Origin: an uncultured bacterium
GTDB lineage: Bacteria; Patescibacteriota; Saccharimonadia; Saccharimonadales; 2-12-FULL-41-12
Length of the DNA stretch: 64,000 nucleotides
NCBI GenBank assembly: GCA_963834265.1
Contig: CAWIAU010000001.1
Location: 469,523 to 533,522 of the forward strand
Direction: 5' to 3'
Shown: piece by piece, positions 34,080 to 43,641 of the stretch
Layout of the letters: each line of letters begins with the position of its first letter
Numbering within the stretch: the stretch's first letter is position 1
The notes under the pieces: model-generated
What the model saw: the letters and a program-made list of their open reading frames with translations, nothing else
Told to the model about the DNA's origin: nothing
Database searches by the model: none
Translations under genes and position numbers: made by a program

Positions 34080-34708
34080 GATTTTTGAGTTGTAATTTTA
34101 TTATGGGAATTATCAATAACTAAAGACTGATTATCCTTAAGTTCTATGAGAGTCTGGTTGCTTTTGTGCAGATCGCGGGTTTTTTGGATAGCTTCCTGGA
34201 AGTTTTGATTGTCGGCGTGTGGGATGATGAAGTGCGGGGTCAGGTTGAGGGTTTCCCATACTATTTCTTCGGCAAATTCTGGCGGATCGGCGAATTCTAT
34301 ACCTTTTAAGCTATTGCCGGCCATTATCGCTCCGGCACTTTCGCCGCCGTAGACTACCCCACTCTCCAACACTTCTTTGATAATCTGACTAAATCCGCTG
34401 CGCTGCATCTCATAGCTCAGACAAAAGGTGTTGCCGCCCATTACCCAGATTAATTCATAACTCTGCAAAGTATTCTTCAGAGTGTTCATATCGTTATGGT
34501 TCCGTAAATCCACTGTCTCAATTTGATTAAATCTCAGACTTTTCAGATATAAACTAACGTCATTGATCTTTATGTTGCGTGCCCGCCCGACGTAGTAATC
34601 CTGAGCATTCGGAATTATTGCTACTTTCGTCTCATTTGGTATTTGACCAAGTAGCCTGATCAGATCATTCGGCGTTGGTATACGATAAGACGACAGGTAA
34701 AGTTTCAC
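34076..34708 (-). CDS. Peptidase S51 family (dipeptidase E / cyanophycinase-like)
   Basis: GGNTF and GESAG (GxSAG catalytic Ser) motifs; 210 aa. Confidence 0.75.
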   Translation of the reverse strand: MKLYLSSYRIPTPNDLIRLLGQIPNETKVAIIPNAQDYYVGRARNIKINDVSLYLKSLRFNQIETVDLRNHNDMNTLKNTLQSYELIWVMGGNTFCLSYEMQRSGFSQIIKEVLESGVVYGGESAGAIMAGNSLKGIEFADPPEFAEEIVWETLNLTPHFIIPHADNQNFQEAIQKTRDLHKSNQTLIELKDNQSLVIDNSHNKITTQKS

Positions 34709-35817
34709 AATCGTTCCAAAAATCTGCAGAGTACGCCGTAGTAAGTTTGCAGACCAGCCATTTCAACGCATTCATCGTCGCAATGAGGATTTTTGCACAG
34801 CGGGCCAAAGGTGATTCCATCTATACCCTTTTGAGTATAGAAGCGCACATCTGAAGCACCGTGCTTTTTTACGAAACGAGCTGGTTTTTTGGTTGTATCT
34901 GCGAGCACATCTGCCAGTAACTGAACATGATGATTATCCTCAGGAACCAGGTGTTCAGACTCCAGATGGATTACATTTACCTCCAAAGTTTCATCAGCGA
35001 TATCATTAAGAGACCCCAAAATTGTATCAGCATTTTGACTGAAAAAAGGATCGCCTGATACAAAACGAAAATCCACCTGGGCCGAAGCTTTATCAGCCAG
35101 AGCATTAATAGCAGTGTTAGGAGTACTGAGGACAGCAATGTTAAGCGTTGTTTCCCATGTTTCCTGATCGCGTATCGGGTAAGCCTTGCGCAAATTAGTC
35201 AGCGCGTGAAGCAACACATCAATAGCACTTGTTCCCTGCCACTGGTAGGCACCGTGAGCTGTTTTGCCATTAGTGGTCAACTCCAGCATGCAGACACCTT
35301 TGGATTCGGTATTGATCTCCATATCAGTGTGTTCGCCGATTATTACAAACTCAGCCTTTAATCCCTGTTGCATCTGATAGCCTGTCCCGTCATTTCCACC
35401 TAATTCCTCGTCAGTAACCAGCTGGAGGCCTACAGGAGAATTTATTTTTTCAGCCATATCGATAAGAGCGAGAGTCATAACCAGGGCGGCCGATTTCATG
35501 TCGCAGGCACCCCTGGCGTATAATTTGCCACCCTTTTTGTAAGGCTTGAACTGTTCAGGTTTAGCTGGTACTACGTCCAGATGCGCATTGAATAGCACTT
35601 CAAATTTGTCCGGTCGGTCAGGTCCAAAATAAATCAGAGCACTTGGTTTGCCGTTTGATTCGAACTTTTCGATAGTAAACTGTGGCGGTAAGAGTTTAAG
35701 GAGAAATTCCAGCGCCTCTACTAGCTTCTCCGGTTTATCAGCAACGGATTCAATAGTTAGCAGATCAATCAGGATCTCTTCATAATCGCTGCGCATTGTG
35801 TTTTGTGAGGATAGCAT
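34705..35817 (-). CDS. M20 family metallopeptidase or deacylase (ArgE/DapE/CPG2-like)
   Basis: HLDVVPA, GACDMKSA, TDEELGG and GEHTD are metal-binding and catalytic motifs of M20. Confidence 0.8.
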   Translation of the reverse strand: MLSSQNTMRSDYEEILIDLLTIESVADKPEKLVEALEFLLKLLPPQFTIEKFESNGKPSALIYFGPDRPDKFEVLFNAHLDVVPAKPEQFKPYKKGGKLYARGACDMKSAALVMTLALIDMAEKINSPVGLQLVTDEELGGNDGTGYQMQQGLKAEFVIIGEHTDMEINTESKGVCMLELTTNGKTAHGAYQWQGTSAIDVLLHALTNLRKAYPIRDQETWETTLNIAVLSTPNTAINALADKASAQVDFRFVSGDPFFSQNADTILGSLNDIADETLEVNVIHLESEHLVPEDNHHVQLLADVLADTTKKPARFVKKHGASDVRFYTQKGIDGITFGPLCKNPHCDDECVEMAGLQTYYGVLCRFLERL

Positions 35818-35879
35818 ATATCCTCCAGTGTACCGATTTTATGTCAAAAATAACAGTTGGTGGAAGTCTTCATTTCAAT

Positions 35880-37004
35880 TTAAAGTAGTTGTAATGTTCT
35901 TTTAATTACTGTACTAAGTTCTACCCGGCCTCTTTTATCAAGAATATAATTAGGATCGGTTCTTCCTTTAGTCGGACTTGCTTCCCCGAGTAAGCCTGCT
36001 AATTGCTCAGGATTTTTAATTTCACCGCTTTCGATTGCATCATGGAATAATCGTAGTACCTCGACAAGCCTATTTGAATCTTTAGGATCGATAGCAAGCA
36101 TTTTGGGCACGTCGTGCGATCCGTCTAAGAGTACTGCGCTGCCCATAGAGGCTCCTACGATACACATACTCGATAAATGATTGATTGATGCTACTCTGCG
36201 TTCTTCGGGCTCCATTTCTTCCGGAAGCGAATGTCCGCGGGCGATAATTGCTATTTGCTTGTTTCCTTCTCCTACCGGTAGCAAGCCTGTAGCTATACCA
36301 GGAAATGTACCCCGGCTGGCAACAGTGCCAATATTAACACCGGAATTTTCATTTTCTGCGCTGTTTGCCCGTATGGCAATAATTGCATTTTTTACGGTTT
36401 TTGGACTGCCATCACTACTATTCTTTACAGCCGAAGGCAAACCATTATAAGCGGCAAAAAGTCCCCTTATAGCTGTAGATTGCATATCTCTTGTTCCGGT
36501 CCATGGTCCGGTTAAATAAGGAGCGATCTCTCCCAGCTGTGTACATTGTGTGATTTCGCTAAGGATCGGTATTCCTCTGTTGAATGCCTCATGTAAAATT
36601 TCGCTTAGACGCTCCCTTTCTCCAGGATCCAGGCTATGTATCATACCTGTCCAACCTTTATTTGTCCGTGGTTTGCCGCCATTAATACGTGCAGCCATCA
36701 CATCATCAGGATGGGCTTCCTGTTCTTCTTCAATAAAATCAAACAGAGGACCATAGTCTGTTTTGGAGTCAGCCGAACATCCTCCGACTACTATTAATTT
36801 GCCTGGTGATTCGCGAGTATAAATTTTACCTACTCTTGAACGATTTTCATCCCGCATTCTGACCGCATCAGGATCAAGCCTTTCGACTATATCTCCAATG
36901 CGCTCCTCTCCCCCGTAAGCATCCATGACTCCGGCCAGATGCTGCGATGCCTGTTCATCGAGTCCCCAATGTTGTTGCAATGCTTCCTGAACCTCTGCTG
37001 ACAT
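35880..37004 (-). CDS. 3-deoxy-7-phosphoheptulonate (DAHP) synthase, class I (AroG/F/H-like)
   Basis: LIVVGGCSADS (compare LLVVIGPCSIHD), GGKPRTNKGWTG (compare EKPRTTVGWKG), LLDGSHD (compare IDFSH). Confidence 0.8.
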   Translation of the reverse strand: MSAEVQEALQQHWGLDEQASQHLAGVMDAYGGEERIGDIVERLDPDAVRMRDENRSRVGKIYTRESPGKLIVVGGCSADSKTDYGPLFDFIEEEQEAHPDDVMAARINGGKPRTNKGWTGMIHSLDPGERERLSEILHEAFNRGIPILSEITQCTQLGEIAPYLTGPWTGTRDMQSTAIRGLFAAYNGLPSAVKNSSDGSPKTVKNAIIAIRANSAENENSGVNIGTVASRGTFPGIATGLLPVGEGNKQIAIIARGHSLPEEMEPEERRVASINHLSSMCIVGASMGSAVLLDGSHDVPKMLAIDPKDSNRLVEVLRLFHDAIESGEIKNPEQLAGLLGEASPTKGRTDPNYILDKRGRVELSTVIKRTLQLL

Positions 37005-37028
37005 AATTTACTAACACTTCCTTTACAC

Positions 37029-37058
37029 ATAAAAAATCGCCTTCTTGCTAAAGGCGAT
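37029..37058 (-). terminator. Intrinsic terminator (minus strand) after the 37189 gene: stem atcgcctt/aaggcgat plus a U-run
   Basis: Hairpin at 37036-37058 with an A6 run at 37031-37036 on the plus strand. Confidence 0.6.
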
Positions 37059-37188
37059 CTGGTTTTGTTCTCTTAAATTTTAGTAAATAATAAACCAACC
37101 GCCTATTGGGCAAAAAACGGGTTGGTAAACCAATATCGGGTATTACTTACGATCACAATTACATATTCTAGCAGCAGGAGCAGATCTG

Positions 37189-37677
37189 TCAAATTTTTTC
37201 TGCTCCTCCGAGAGCAACTCCTCCTAATTTATCGGTTTGAGCGCTGTCGTTTCCATGCATTGATAATGTTGCTTCAAACCAGTCCAAAAAAAGTTTTGTA
37301 TTATTTTCATCTTCCAGAACTTGTTCTCCGCAGCTAATAAGTTCTGCTACTGCCTCTTCGGGATTAGCAGCGGATAAGCCGTATCCGGACTCTCCGTGAT
37401 GCGGATAGCGAACAAAAATATAACGTCCCTCCGGGGTTTGCCGTGACATAAGCCCTTTTCTCCATAGACCTGCAATTATCAAAGCCGGTTTTTGGGGATC
37501 ATCCCTGGCAGTTATTAAAGAAGCGTGCAGGGAATCACGGAACTCGTCTCGTTTCGCGGGGGGCTCATGTTGATAATACCGATGGGTTGCAGCTTGGATA
37601 ACTTCATCTGCCACACTTTCGGGCACCAGAACTGTCAGTTGCTCTGAAACCATTGCATGCTCCGGACTTGTGCTCAT
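37189..37677 (-). CDS. Hypothetical protein (162 aa)
   Basis: ORF in an operon; 4-nt overlap with upstream ridA. Confidence 0.5.
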   Translation of the reverse strand: MSTSPEHAMVSEQLTVLVPESVADEVIQAATHRYYQHEPPAKRDEFRDSLHASLITARDDPQKPALIIAGLWRKGLMSRQTPEGRYIFVRYPHHGESGYGLSAANPEEAVAELISCGEQVLEDENNTKLFLDWFEATLSMHGNDSAQTDKLGGVALGGAEKI

Positions 37678-38036
37678 ACGGCTTTGTAAGCTACAGCTTC
37701 TATTTCAATAAGTATTTTGTTGTCCCCAATCCGGGGGAAGCCGCTGACTTCTACGCAGGAGCGAGCTGGCGGTATACCGGTGAAATAATTCACGTAGATT
37801 TCATTCACTGCCGCATAATCGTCCATATTATTGAGGAAAACTGTTGTTTTGACTATATTACCAAGAGACAGATTCGCCGATTTCAGCACTGCTTCAAGAT
37901 TTTTCAGAGTCTGATGAGTCTGGTCATGGATGGAAATTTTTGCCTGCTTTGTCTCCGGATCAATACCAGTTTGTCCGGACATAAAATATAAATCTCCGGC
38001 TTGACGCACCGGTGTAAGTATGCCGAAAGGACTCAT
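37674..38036 (-). CDS. ridA: RidA/YjgF family reactive-intermediate deaminase
   Basis: GDLYFMSGQTGIDPETKQ...TVFLNNMDDYAAVNEIY...SCVEVSGFPRIGDNKILIEIEAVA. Confidence 0.85.
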   Translation of the reverse strand: MSPFGILTPVRQAGDLYFMSGQTGIDPETKQAKISIHDQTHQTLKNLEAVLKSANLSLGNIVKTTVFLNNMDDYAAVNEIYVNYFTGIPPARSCVEVSGFPRIGDNKILIEIEAVAYKAV

Positions 38037-38275
38037 GAGACCATCTCTGCTTCCGGTAATGCATCGTAAGCAGTTACGCTCTCAATTGCTATGCATCCTG
38101 CAACCTCGATGACAGGATTTCTGTGATCGACCTGACTTCGGGGGTCAAGTGATCCGTTTTCATACAGATACCTTTGTACCCCGCTTTGATCCTGAGTAGT
38201 GATGGCTTCGCCTTCCGGTCCCCGCGCCAGACGTCTAATCTCTGCGTAACCTGCTTGAATATTTGAATCTGACAT
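38033..38275 (-). CDS. Hypothetical small protein (80 aa)
   Basis: ORF only; coupled by a 4-nt overlap to ridA. Confidence 0.4.
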   Translation of the reverse strand: MSDSNIQAGYAEIRRLARGPEGEAITTQDQSGVQRYLYENGSLDPRSQVDHRNPVIEVAGCIAIESVTAYDALPEAEMVS

Positions 38276-38300
38276 ATAGTCCTTTCGTAAGCACTTATAG

Positions 38301-38498
38301 TTATTGTGCTTTTAGCTGTGGTAAGTTCGTTACTGCGCATATACCATCTACAGTTGTCGCAGCTACCGGACCGATTGCTAAGTCCGGTCCCGGTCCATCT
38401 GATCGCAATTCAGCTAAAAGATCATCCAAATCAGGACCGGTAACCCCGTAAAGCTCCTCAGGGCTTCTTCCGTCTCGTACGTATTCTCCGCCTATCAT
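38301..38498 (-). CDS. Hypothetical small protein (65 aa)
   Basis: ORF only. Confidence 0.35.
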   Translation of the reverse strand: MIGGEYVRDGRSPEELYGVTGPDLDDLLAELRSDGPGPDLAIGPVAATTVDGICAVTNLPQLKAQ

Positions 38499-38519
38499 TT
38501 TTTATCCTTTCTTTAAACA

Positions 38520-38550
38520 TTAAAAAACTCCCGCTTTTTGGAGCGGGAGC
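38520..38550 (-). terminator. Intrinsic terminator (minus strand) downstream of the leuA-family gene: stem gctcccgc/gcgggagc plus U6
   Basis: Hairpin at 38528-38549 with an A6 run at 38522-38527 on the plus strand. Confidence 0.65.
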
Positions 38551-38683
38551 TTATTTATGTTCGTTTGTTATTTTACGTATATAAAAAGCTACCCGCTGAT
38601 TGGGAGAATAATCACCGCCATCACGTGAGTTAGTTTTCTATACATGTTTTCCATCATCCTCTTTTTATATTCGCTTGTCAAGC

Positions 38684-40246
38684 TTACTCTTGCTGAGTTC
38701 TCTTACGTTCATCATTACGGCGGATCATATTAATCGCAGTCATGTAACCATTAATGCCAGTCGCATCGACACTGTGTGACTCTACATAGATGCTAAAGTT
38801 ATGTCCATTTTGTATTACTTTGACTTTTCCGCTAGCACTGCCATCACTGCCGGGTCTGATCGAGTCTGCATGGAAGTCGCCAATGTCCCCCTTGAATTCC
38901 ATGGCTAGATTCGTAGCTTTTATCAAAGCGTCAATACCACCGGTGCCATTGCTTTCGCCGAATTTTTCTACGTCTTTGTCGATAATCCGGACCCGGGCAG
39001 TTGTGCCTTTCGGGCCGCCGTTTATACTCCAATCCGCTAATTTAATTTCATCGACAATTTTTTCACCTAAGATCCCGGCTGCGATTACTTCTATTTCGTT
39101 ATCCATCAGATCCCGTCCGACTATTGCTGCACGTTGCTTGATAGCTACAGTCATAACTCTTAACTGATTTGTGTCTGCTTTTATGGACAAGGCTTCCAGA
39201 CGACTGCCTACACCGGCTTTTCCGGACTGATCACCAATACTTATCTCACCGGCAATCTGTCCGTAGTCCTCAGCCCTTAAGCATTCGTATGTATTGGGAT
39301 CGTCTATAACTCCGTCCTGATGAATTCCTGTTCCATGGGCAAATGAATATGGTCCGGTCAGTGGTTCATTCGGAGGTATTGCCCGGCCGCCTAACGCTGC
39401 TACTAACTGGCTCAAACGTGTTTGTTCCTTAGTGTCGACCCGGCTGTACACTTCCACGGGGATATAAGATACGCCTTCAAACAAACCGGATACAACTGTG
39501 GCCAGCCGGGCGTTACCTGGTCGTTCGCCTATTCCGTTTGCGGATACCTGTGCCTGTCGTGCGCCAGCGCCGATTGCTGCCAATGTATTAACGGTCGCGA
39601 AATCACGATCATTATGGCAATGAGCCGATATAACGACATCCGGATGGCTGGCATGAATACGTTTGCATACGTTAGCAATTAACTTAGCGTACTGAATGTG
39701 ATCCATGTAGCCGGTTGTATCCGGTATATTTATTGTGTTTGCTCCATTTTCAACTGCTACCTCGCAGACTCTCATCATAAAATCGAAATCTGATCTGGTA
39801 GCATCCATTGGCGAAAACTCCACATCCTCGGTAAATGTTTTGGCTCTCGTGACTGCATCCAAAGTTTTTGAAATAACAATATCAGGATTTGTTTTTTGTT
39901 GGTTCATATGGATTTCAGAAGTTGACATAAAAACATGTAATCTGGCCCCGCCTTTATCTTTGGCGGGTTCGATAGCTTCCCACCCCCTTTCAATATCATT
40001 TGGTACTGTACGGCATAGTGCTGCCACTACAGCGTTGCCTACTTCGCCGGCAACGGCATAAACTGCCTGAAATTCGCTTTCGTTCGCAATCGGGAAACCA
40101 GCCTCGATAACATCAACGCGCATCCGGTCCAACTCCTTCGCAACTTCGACCTTGCCATCATGGCCAAAATTGATCCCGATAGCCTGATTACCATCCCGAA
40201 GGGTTGTATCAAAAATTCTCACCTGATTTGAATCAATTTCTTTCAT
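38684..40246 (-). CDS. leuA: 2-isopropylmalate synthase / (R)-citramalate synthase family (LeuA/CimA), with a C-terminal regulatory domain
   Basis: RIFDTTLRDGNQA, ...DVIEAGFP..., ...NTINIPDTTGY..., ...SAHCHNDRDFATVNTLAAIGAGARQAQVSANGIGERPGN closely parallel E. coli LeuA; 520 aa. Confidence 0.82.
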   Translation of the reverse strand: MKEIDSNQVRIFDTTLRDGNQAIGINFGHDGKVEVAKELDRMRVDVIEAGFPIANESEFQAVYAVAGEVGNAVVAALCRTVPNDIERGWEAIEPAKDKGGARLHVFMSTSEIHMNQQKTNPDIVISKTLDAVTRAKTFTEDVEFSPMDATRSDFDFMMRVCEVAVENGANTINIPDTTGYMDHIQYAKLIANVCKRIHASHPDVVISAHCHNDRDFATVNTLAAIGAGARQAQVSANGIGERPGNARLATVVSGLFEGVSYIPVEVYSRVDTKEQTRLSQLVAALGGRAIPPNEPLTGPYSFAHGTGIHQDGVIDDPNTYECLRAEDYGQIAGEISIGDQSGKAGVGSRLEALSIKADTNQLRVMTVAIKQRAAIVGRDLMDNEIEVIAAGILGEKIVDEIKLADWSINGGPKGTTARVRIIDKDVEKFGESNGTGGIDALIKATNLAMEFKGDIGDFHADSIRPGSDGSASGKVKVIQNGHNFSIYVESHSVDATGINGYMTAINMIRRNDERKRTQQE

Positions 40247-40266
40247 CTACTGGCTCCTCTCAAATT

Positions 40267-40404
40267 AAAAAAACTTCCCGGGGATGAAGCTTACTTGGTT
40301 CAGACTGTACTTGAGCGCTATTTACGCGAAGCTTCAACCATGTTGAAGCACAGCCCTTTAAGGCTGAGGAGGAGTCCAAATTGCTTCGCAATGGTTATAA
40401 ACAT
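40267..40404 (-). promoter_or_regulatory. Attenuator-like leader. Hairpin gcttcaac-catg-gttgaagc (overlapping the 3' end of the peptide ORF), palindromic gaagcttc/aagcttc alternative pairing, and a terminal hairpin cttcatccccgggaag plus U7 (plus strand 40267-40289) immediately before the leuA RBS GAGGAG
   Basis: Structures read directly from the sequence. Confidence 0.45.
40318..40404 (-). CDS. Candidate leader peptide (28 aa, MFITIAKQFGLLLSLKGLCFNMVEASRK) with a run of Leu codons (CTC CTC CTC AGC CTT), upstream of the leuA-family gene
   Basis: Small ORF in the 178-nt leader; followed by alternative hairpins and a U7-tailed hairpin 20 nt before the leuA RBS; no obvious SD for the peptide itself. 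Confidence 0.45.
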   Translation of the reverse strand: MFITIAKQFGLLLSLKGLCFNMVEASRK

Positions 40405-40424
40405 ATTAATTCTAATATATCATC

Positions 40425-41144
40425 CTAGGTATTGCTGTCAATTTCTAAGGAGTATTGTCCGTTTCTTTCTAGGAATTTATACACCATATTTTTTCGCTCA
40501 ACTACTATTTCCCAGCCTTGTTTATGCGCGTGGTTGAACAATTTCCTAGCGGGATTGAAAGCAATGGGACGTTCCACCATTTCGAGCATCTGTATGTCGT
40601 TTTCAGTATCGCCAATCGCAATACTCCCCGATAAATCAAGGGAGTGCTTCCGGATAAGATCATTGAGAGTTTGCTTCTTATTAATCGCCGGCGTGGTGAT
40701 TTTGCCGGTGAATTTACCATTTGCCTGATGAAATATCGCCCCGATGCAATCATCAAAGCCGTAATGCTGTGATATGCGTTCCACCGCTTCCATCGGCGAA
40801 CCGGAAATTGCGAATAAAAGATAGTCCTGGTCTTTGAGAGACGCTACCAACTCTCTGGTGTAGATGTAGGATTGATCTTTGTGTTCCTCAAATGCTATAT
40901 CTATTGCATTTGTGAACTGTGTGACGGGGATACCTTGTAGTACTTGCTCAAAAACCTCAATCATCACCATTTGATAAGTGTCAAAATCAGATAATCGGCG
41001 CTTCCAGTCTGCTCGCGCAGAAGTTACGCGCTTGTATAACTCGGAATCGATATTGCCCGCCCGCGCCAAAGTATCGAATATTGCATGATACAGCTGCCAC
41101 CGGATTAAAGTCCCATCCAGATCAAACACCGCAAATTTATGCAT
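40425..41144 (-). CDS. HAD-superfamily hydrolase (subfamily IB-like phosphatase)
   Basis: N-terminal motif I FAVFDLDGTLI; 239 aa. Confidence 0.75.
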   Translation of the reverse strand: MHKFAVFDLDGTLIRWQLYHAIFDTLARAGNIDSELYKRVTSARADWKRRLSDFDTYQMVMIEVFEQVLQGIPVTQFTNAIDIAFEEHKDQSYIYTRELVASLKDQDYLLFAISGSPMEAVERISQHYGFDDCIGAIFHQANGKFTGKITTPAINKKQTLNDLIRKHSLDLSGSIAIGDTENDIQMLEMVERPIAFNPARKLFNHAHKQGWEIVVERKNMVYKFLERNGQYSLEIDSNT

Positions 41145-41164
41145 ACTATTATATTACACTCTTT

Positions 41165-42034
41165 TTATATCTGTTCGCTGTCTTCAGCTATATACGCCTC
41201 TAATTGTTCACCTTCAGCCCCAAATTCTTTATAAACCGCGTCCAATCTATCGGCTAAACCATACTCTTTTGCCATCCTGTTTATTCGACTGAATACGCCA
41301 AAATCGTATAAAGTTTGAGCGGATATTGCGTTCGAATAATCATAAAGCATACGTGGTTTAAAGCCCACTATTCGCTTCAAGGCGCCGGGGTCTCGTCCCG
41401 CGACTGCGTACTGATTAAGTCGTATATGACTGCCAGGCATAGCATCATCCCTGTTTATAGCGAATCTTTCTCCGTCTATCATCGTGCTAAGTTCAGCGTC
41501 TGATATGGGAACTAGCAATTTTCTTCGCTCTTCCTCCAGTGAATAGTAATTTGCTTCAGATATACGGATGCTCATTAATTTGTTTGCTGTATGTGCATGT
41601 TCCTCAGGGATAGGCTCCCCTAAGTGTGAAGTAGGATTGACTGCAGTATGAAGTAATAGGCTGTAAGCTCCGGGCTCCTTTATCTCTCCAACTATATAAA
41701 ATGGAGTGGACGGGTTGGTATAATCCGAAGATTGTGGACTCAGCCAGAGCAAATCACGCTGAACTTTTCTATATGTGGGAGCATTGGGGATAGCCGGAAA
41801 AGCGAACGGATTATAGGAATCTTTGGCTTTATCGTATACTGCTGGTGGAAAGATACCAACCATGTCTTGAAGCATTTTCCGCATTGCAACGTCAGGCAAT
41901 AATTCTGGAGCTCCGAGTATAGCTTGTTCGCCAATTTTACTACAAAGGTACCAATCAGCTTCTTGCTGAATTCTATCCATGTCAGCAAGTAATTCAAGAT
42001 GATCTCTGGCTGCCTCAACGAGTTCTTTGCTCAT
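41165..42034 (-). CDS. Hypothetical protein (289 aa)
   Basis: ORF only. Confidence 0.5.
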   Translation of the reverse strand: MSKELVEAARDHLELLADMDRIQQEADWYLCSKIGEQAILGAPELLPDVAMRKMLQDMVGIFPPAVYDKAKDSYNPFAFPAIPNAPTYRKVQRDLLWLSPQSSDYTNPSTPFYIVGEIKEPGAYSLLLHTAVNPTSHLGEPIPEEHAHTANKLMSIRISEANYYSLEEERRKLLVPISDAELSTMIDGERFAINRDDAMPGSHIRLNQYAVAGRDPGALKRIVGFKPRMLYDYSNAISAQTLYDFGVFSRINRMAKEYGLADRLDAVYKEFGAEGEQLEAYIAEDSEQI

Positions 42035-42089
42035 ACAGTAATTATACTTTATAATAGATAAAATACAAAGTATATTGTTTAAAGTTTAT

Positions 42090-42884
42090 TTAAACAAGAG
42101 ATATACTGACGGGGCAATGGTCGGAGCCCAGGACATCGGCGTGGATTTCGGCTTTTTTTACCTTATCTTTCAAAGCATTTGATACGAGAAAATAGTCGAT
42201 ACGCCAACCTACATTGCGGGCACGGGCATTGGCCCAATGGGTCCACCACGTGTAGTAGCCGTTTCCCTGTTTAAATATTCTGAATGTATCGGTGAAACCG
42301 GCCTTCAGCCAGTTATCAAAACCTGATCTTTCCTGGTCGCTAAAGCCTTTTTTGCCTATATTCGGCTTCGGATTGGCCAGATCGTCCTCTGTATGGGCGA
42401 CGTTCATGTCGCCGCAGTAGATTACTGGTTTTTTAGTTTGCAGATCAGTGCAGTAAGCAACCATGGCTTTATCCCATTCCTGCCTTAAATCTATTCTTAG
42501 TAATCCGTCTTTTGCATTGGGCGTATAGCAAGTCACAACATAATAAATATCAAATTCCAGCGTAATCACCCTACCCTCTTTATTGGCGTCGCCGTATCCG
42601 TCGGAGGCCAGACCGCTTGATTTTATAAATTTTTCAGGAATATCATTGATAATAGCGATCGGCTTAATTCTGGTGAATATAGCCGTGCCGGAATATCCTT
42701 TTTTGTCTGCAGAATTCCAGTATTCTTCGTAGCCGCTCAGATCAACAATAGCCTGCCCCTGCTCAGCTTTAGTCTCTTGTAAACAGAGAATGTCCGGCTG
42801 ATGCTTTGCTATAAATTCCTGAAAAGTTCCTTTTTTGACGATGGCTCGGATACCATTAACATTCCACGAGTAAATTTTTGTCAT
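42090..42884 (-). CDS. xth: Exodeoxyribonuclease III (AP endonuclease, EEP family)
   Basis: MTKIYSWNVNGIRA...DILCLQETK...C-terminal SDHCP. Confidence 0.9.
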   Translation of the reverse strand: MTKIYSWNVNGIRAIVKKGTFQEFIAKHQPDILCLQETKAEQGQAIVDLSGYEEYWNSADKKGYSGTAIFTRIKPIAIINDIPEKFIKSSGLASDGYGDANKEGRVITLEFDIYYVVTCYTPNAKDGLLRIDLRQEWDKAMVAYCTDLQTKKPVIYCGDMNVAHTEDDLANPKPNIGKKGFSDQERSGFDNWLKAGFTDTFRIFKQGNGYYTWWTHWANARARNVGWRIDYFLVSNALKDKVKKAEIHADVLGSDHCPVSISLV

Positions 42885-42932
42885 AATCTTTTTATTGTAG
42901 CACCGTCCCCTGGTCTGCTAAACTAAGAGCCA

Positions 42933-43640
42933 ATGCCTTATAAAAGAGTTTTACTGAAGTTTTCGGGTGAGCAATTAGCGGGTAAGACCGATGGCGGATT
43001 TGATGCTGAATTTGGCGGCTGGCTGGCCGAACAGATCAAAACAGTCACCGAATCCGGCTGTCAGGTGGTCATAATGGTAGGTGGCGGCAACTTTATCCGC
43101 GGTGCGCAGATTGCCGGCCACGGTATCCAGCGCGTGACAGCGGACCATATGGGTATGCTGGCAACTATGATCAATGCTCTTGCTCTGACGGATATTTTCG
43201 AACACAACGGTGTTCCCACCCGCTGCCTCAGTGTCATAAACGCTCAACAGGTAGCAGAACCATTTGTCCATCGGCTGGCCAACAAGCATTTGCAAAAAAG
43301 CCGCGTGGTCATAACCGCCGGCGGCCTGGGTCGTCCGTATGTTACGACCGACACAGGAGCCGTCGCACTGGCGCTGGAGCTGGACTGTGAAGTTGTACTC
43401 AAAGCTACCAAATTCGACGGAGTGTACGAGAAAGACCCTGCACAGTTTCCTGACGCCAAGCGCTATGATTCACTGACCTTCCAGGAAGCTGTCGAGAGTC
43501 CACATGTCAAAGTCATGGACAAAGCTGCTCTCGGTATGGCTATGGAACTCAATGTGCCTATTATTATCTTTGACGCCATGCAGGACGGCAATATCGCCCG
43601 TGTAGTTAGCGGCGAAAACGTCGGCACAAAAATCAGCTAG
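42933..43640 (+). CDS. pyrH: UMP kinase
   Basis: KRVLLKFSGEQLAG...VIMVGGGNFIRG... Confidence 0.92.
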   Translation: MPYKRVLLKFSGEQLAGKTDGGFDAEFGGWLAEQIKTVTESGCQVVIMVGGGNFIRGAQIAGHGIQRVTADHMGMLATMINALALTDIFEHNGVPTRCLSVINAQQVAEPFVHRLANKHLQKSRVVITAGGLGRPYVTTDTGAVALALELDCEVVLKATKFDGVYEKDPAQFPDAKRYDSLTFQEAVESPHVKVMDKAALGMAMELNVPIIIFDAMQDGNIARVVSGENVGTKIS

Positions 43641-43641
43641 A

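Noticed and set aside
40247-40424. T-box riboswitch upstream of the leuA-family gene
   Set aside because: No AATTAGGGTGGTACCGCG-like T-box sequence occurs on the coding strand. The leader-peptide and attenuator interpretation fits better.
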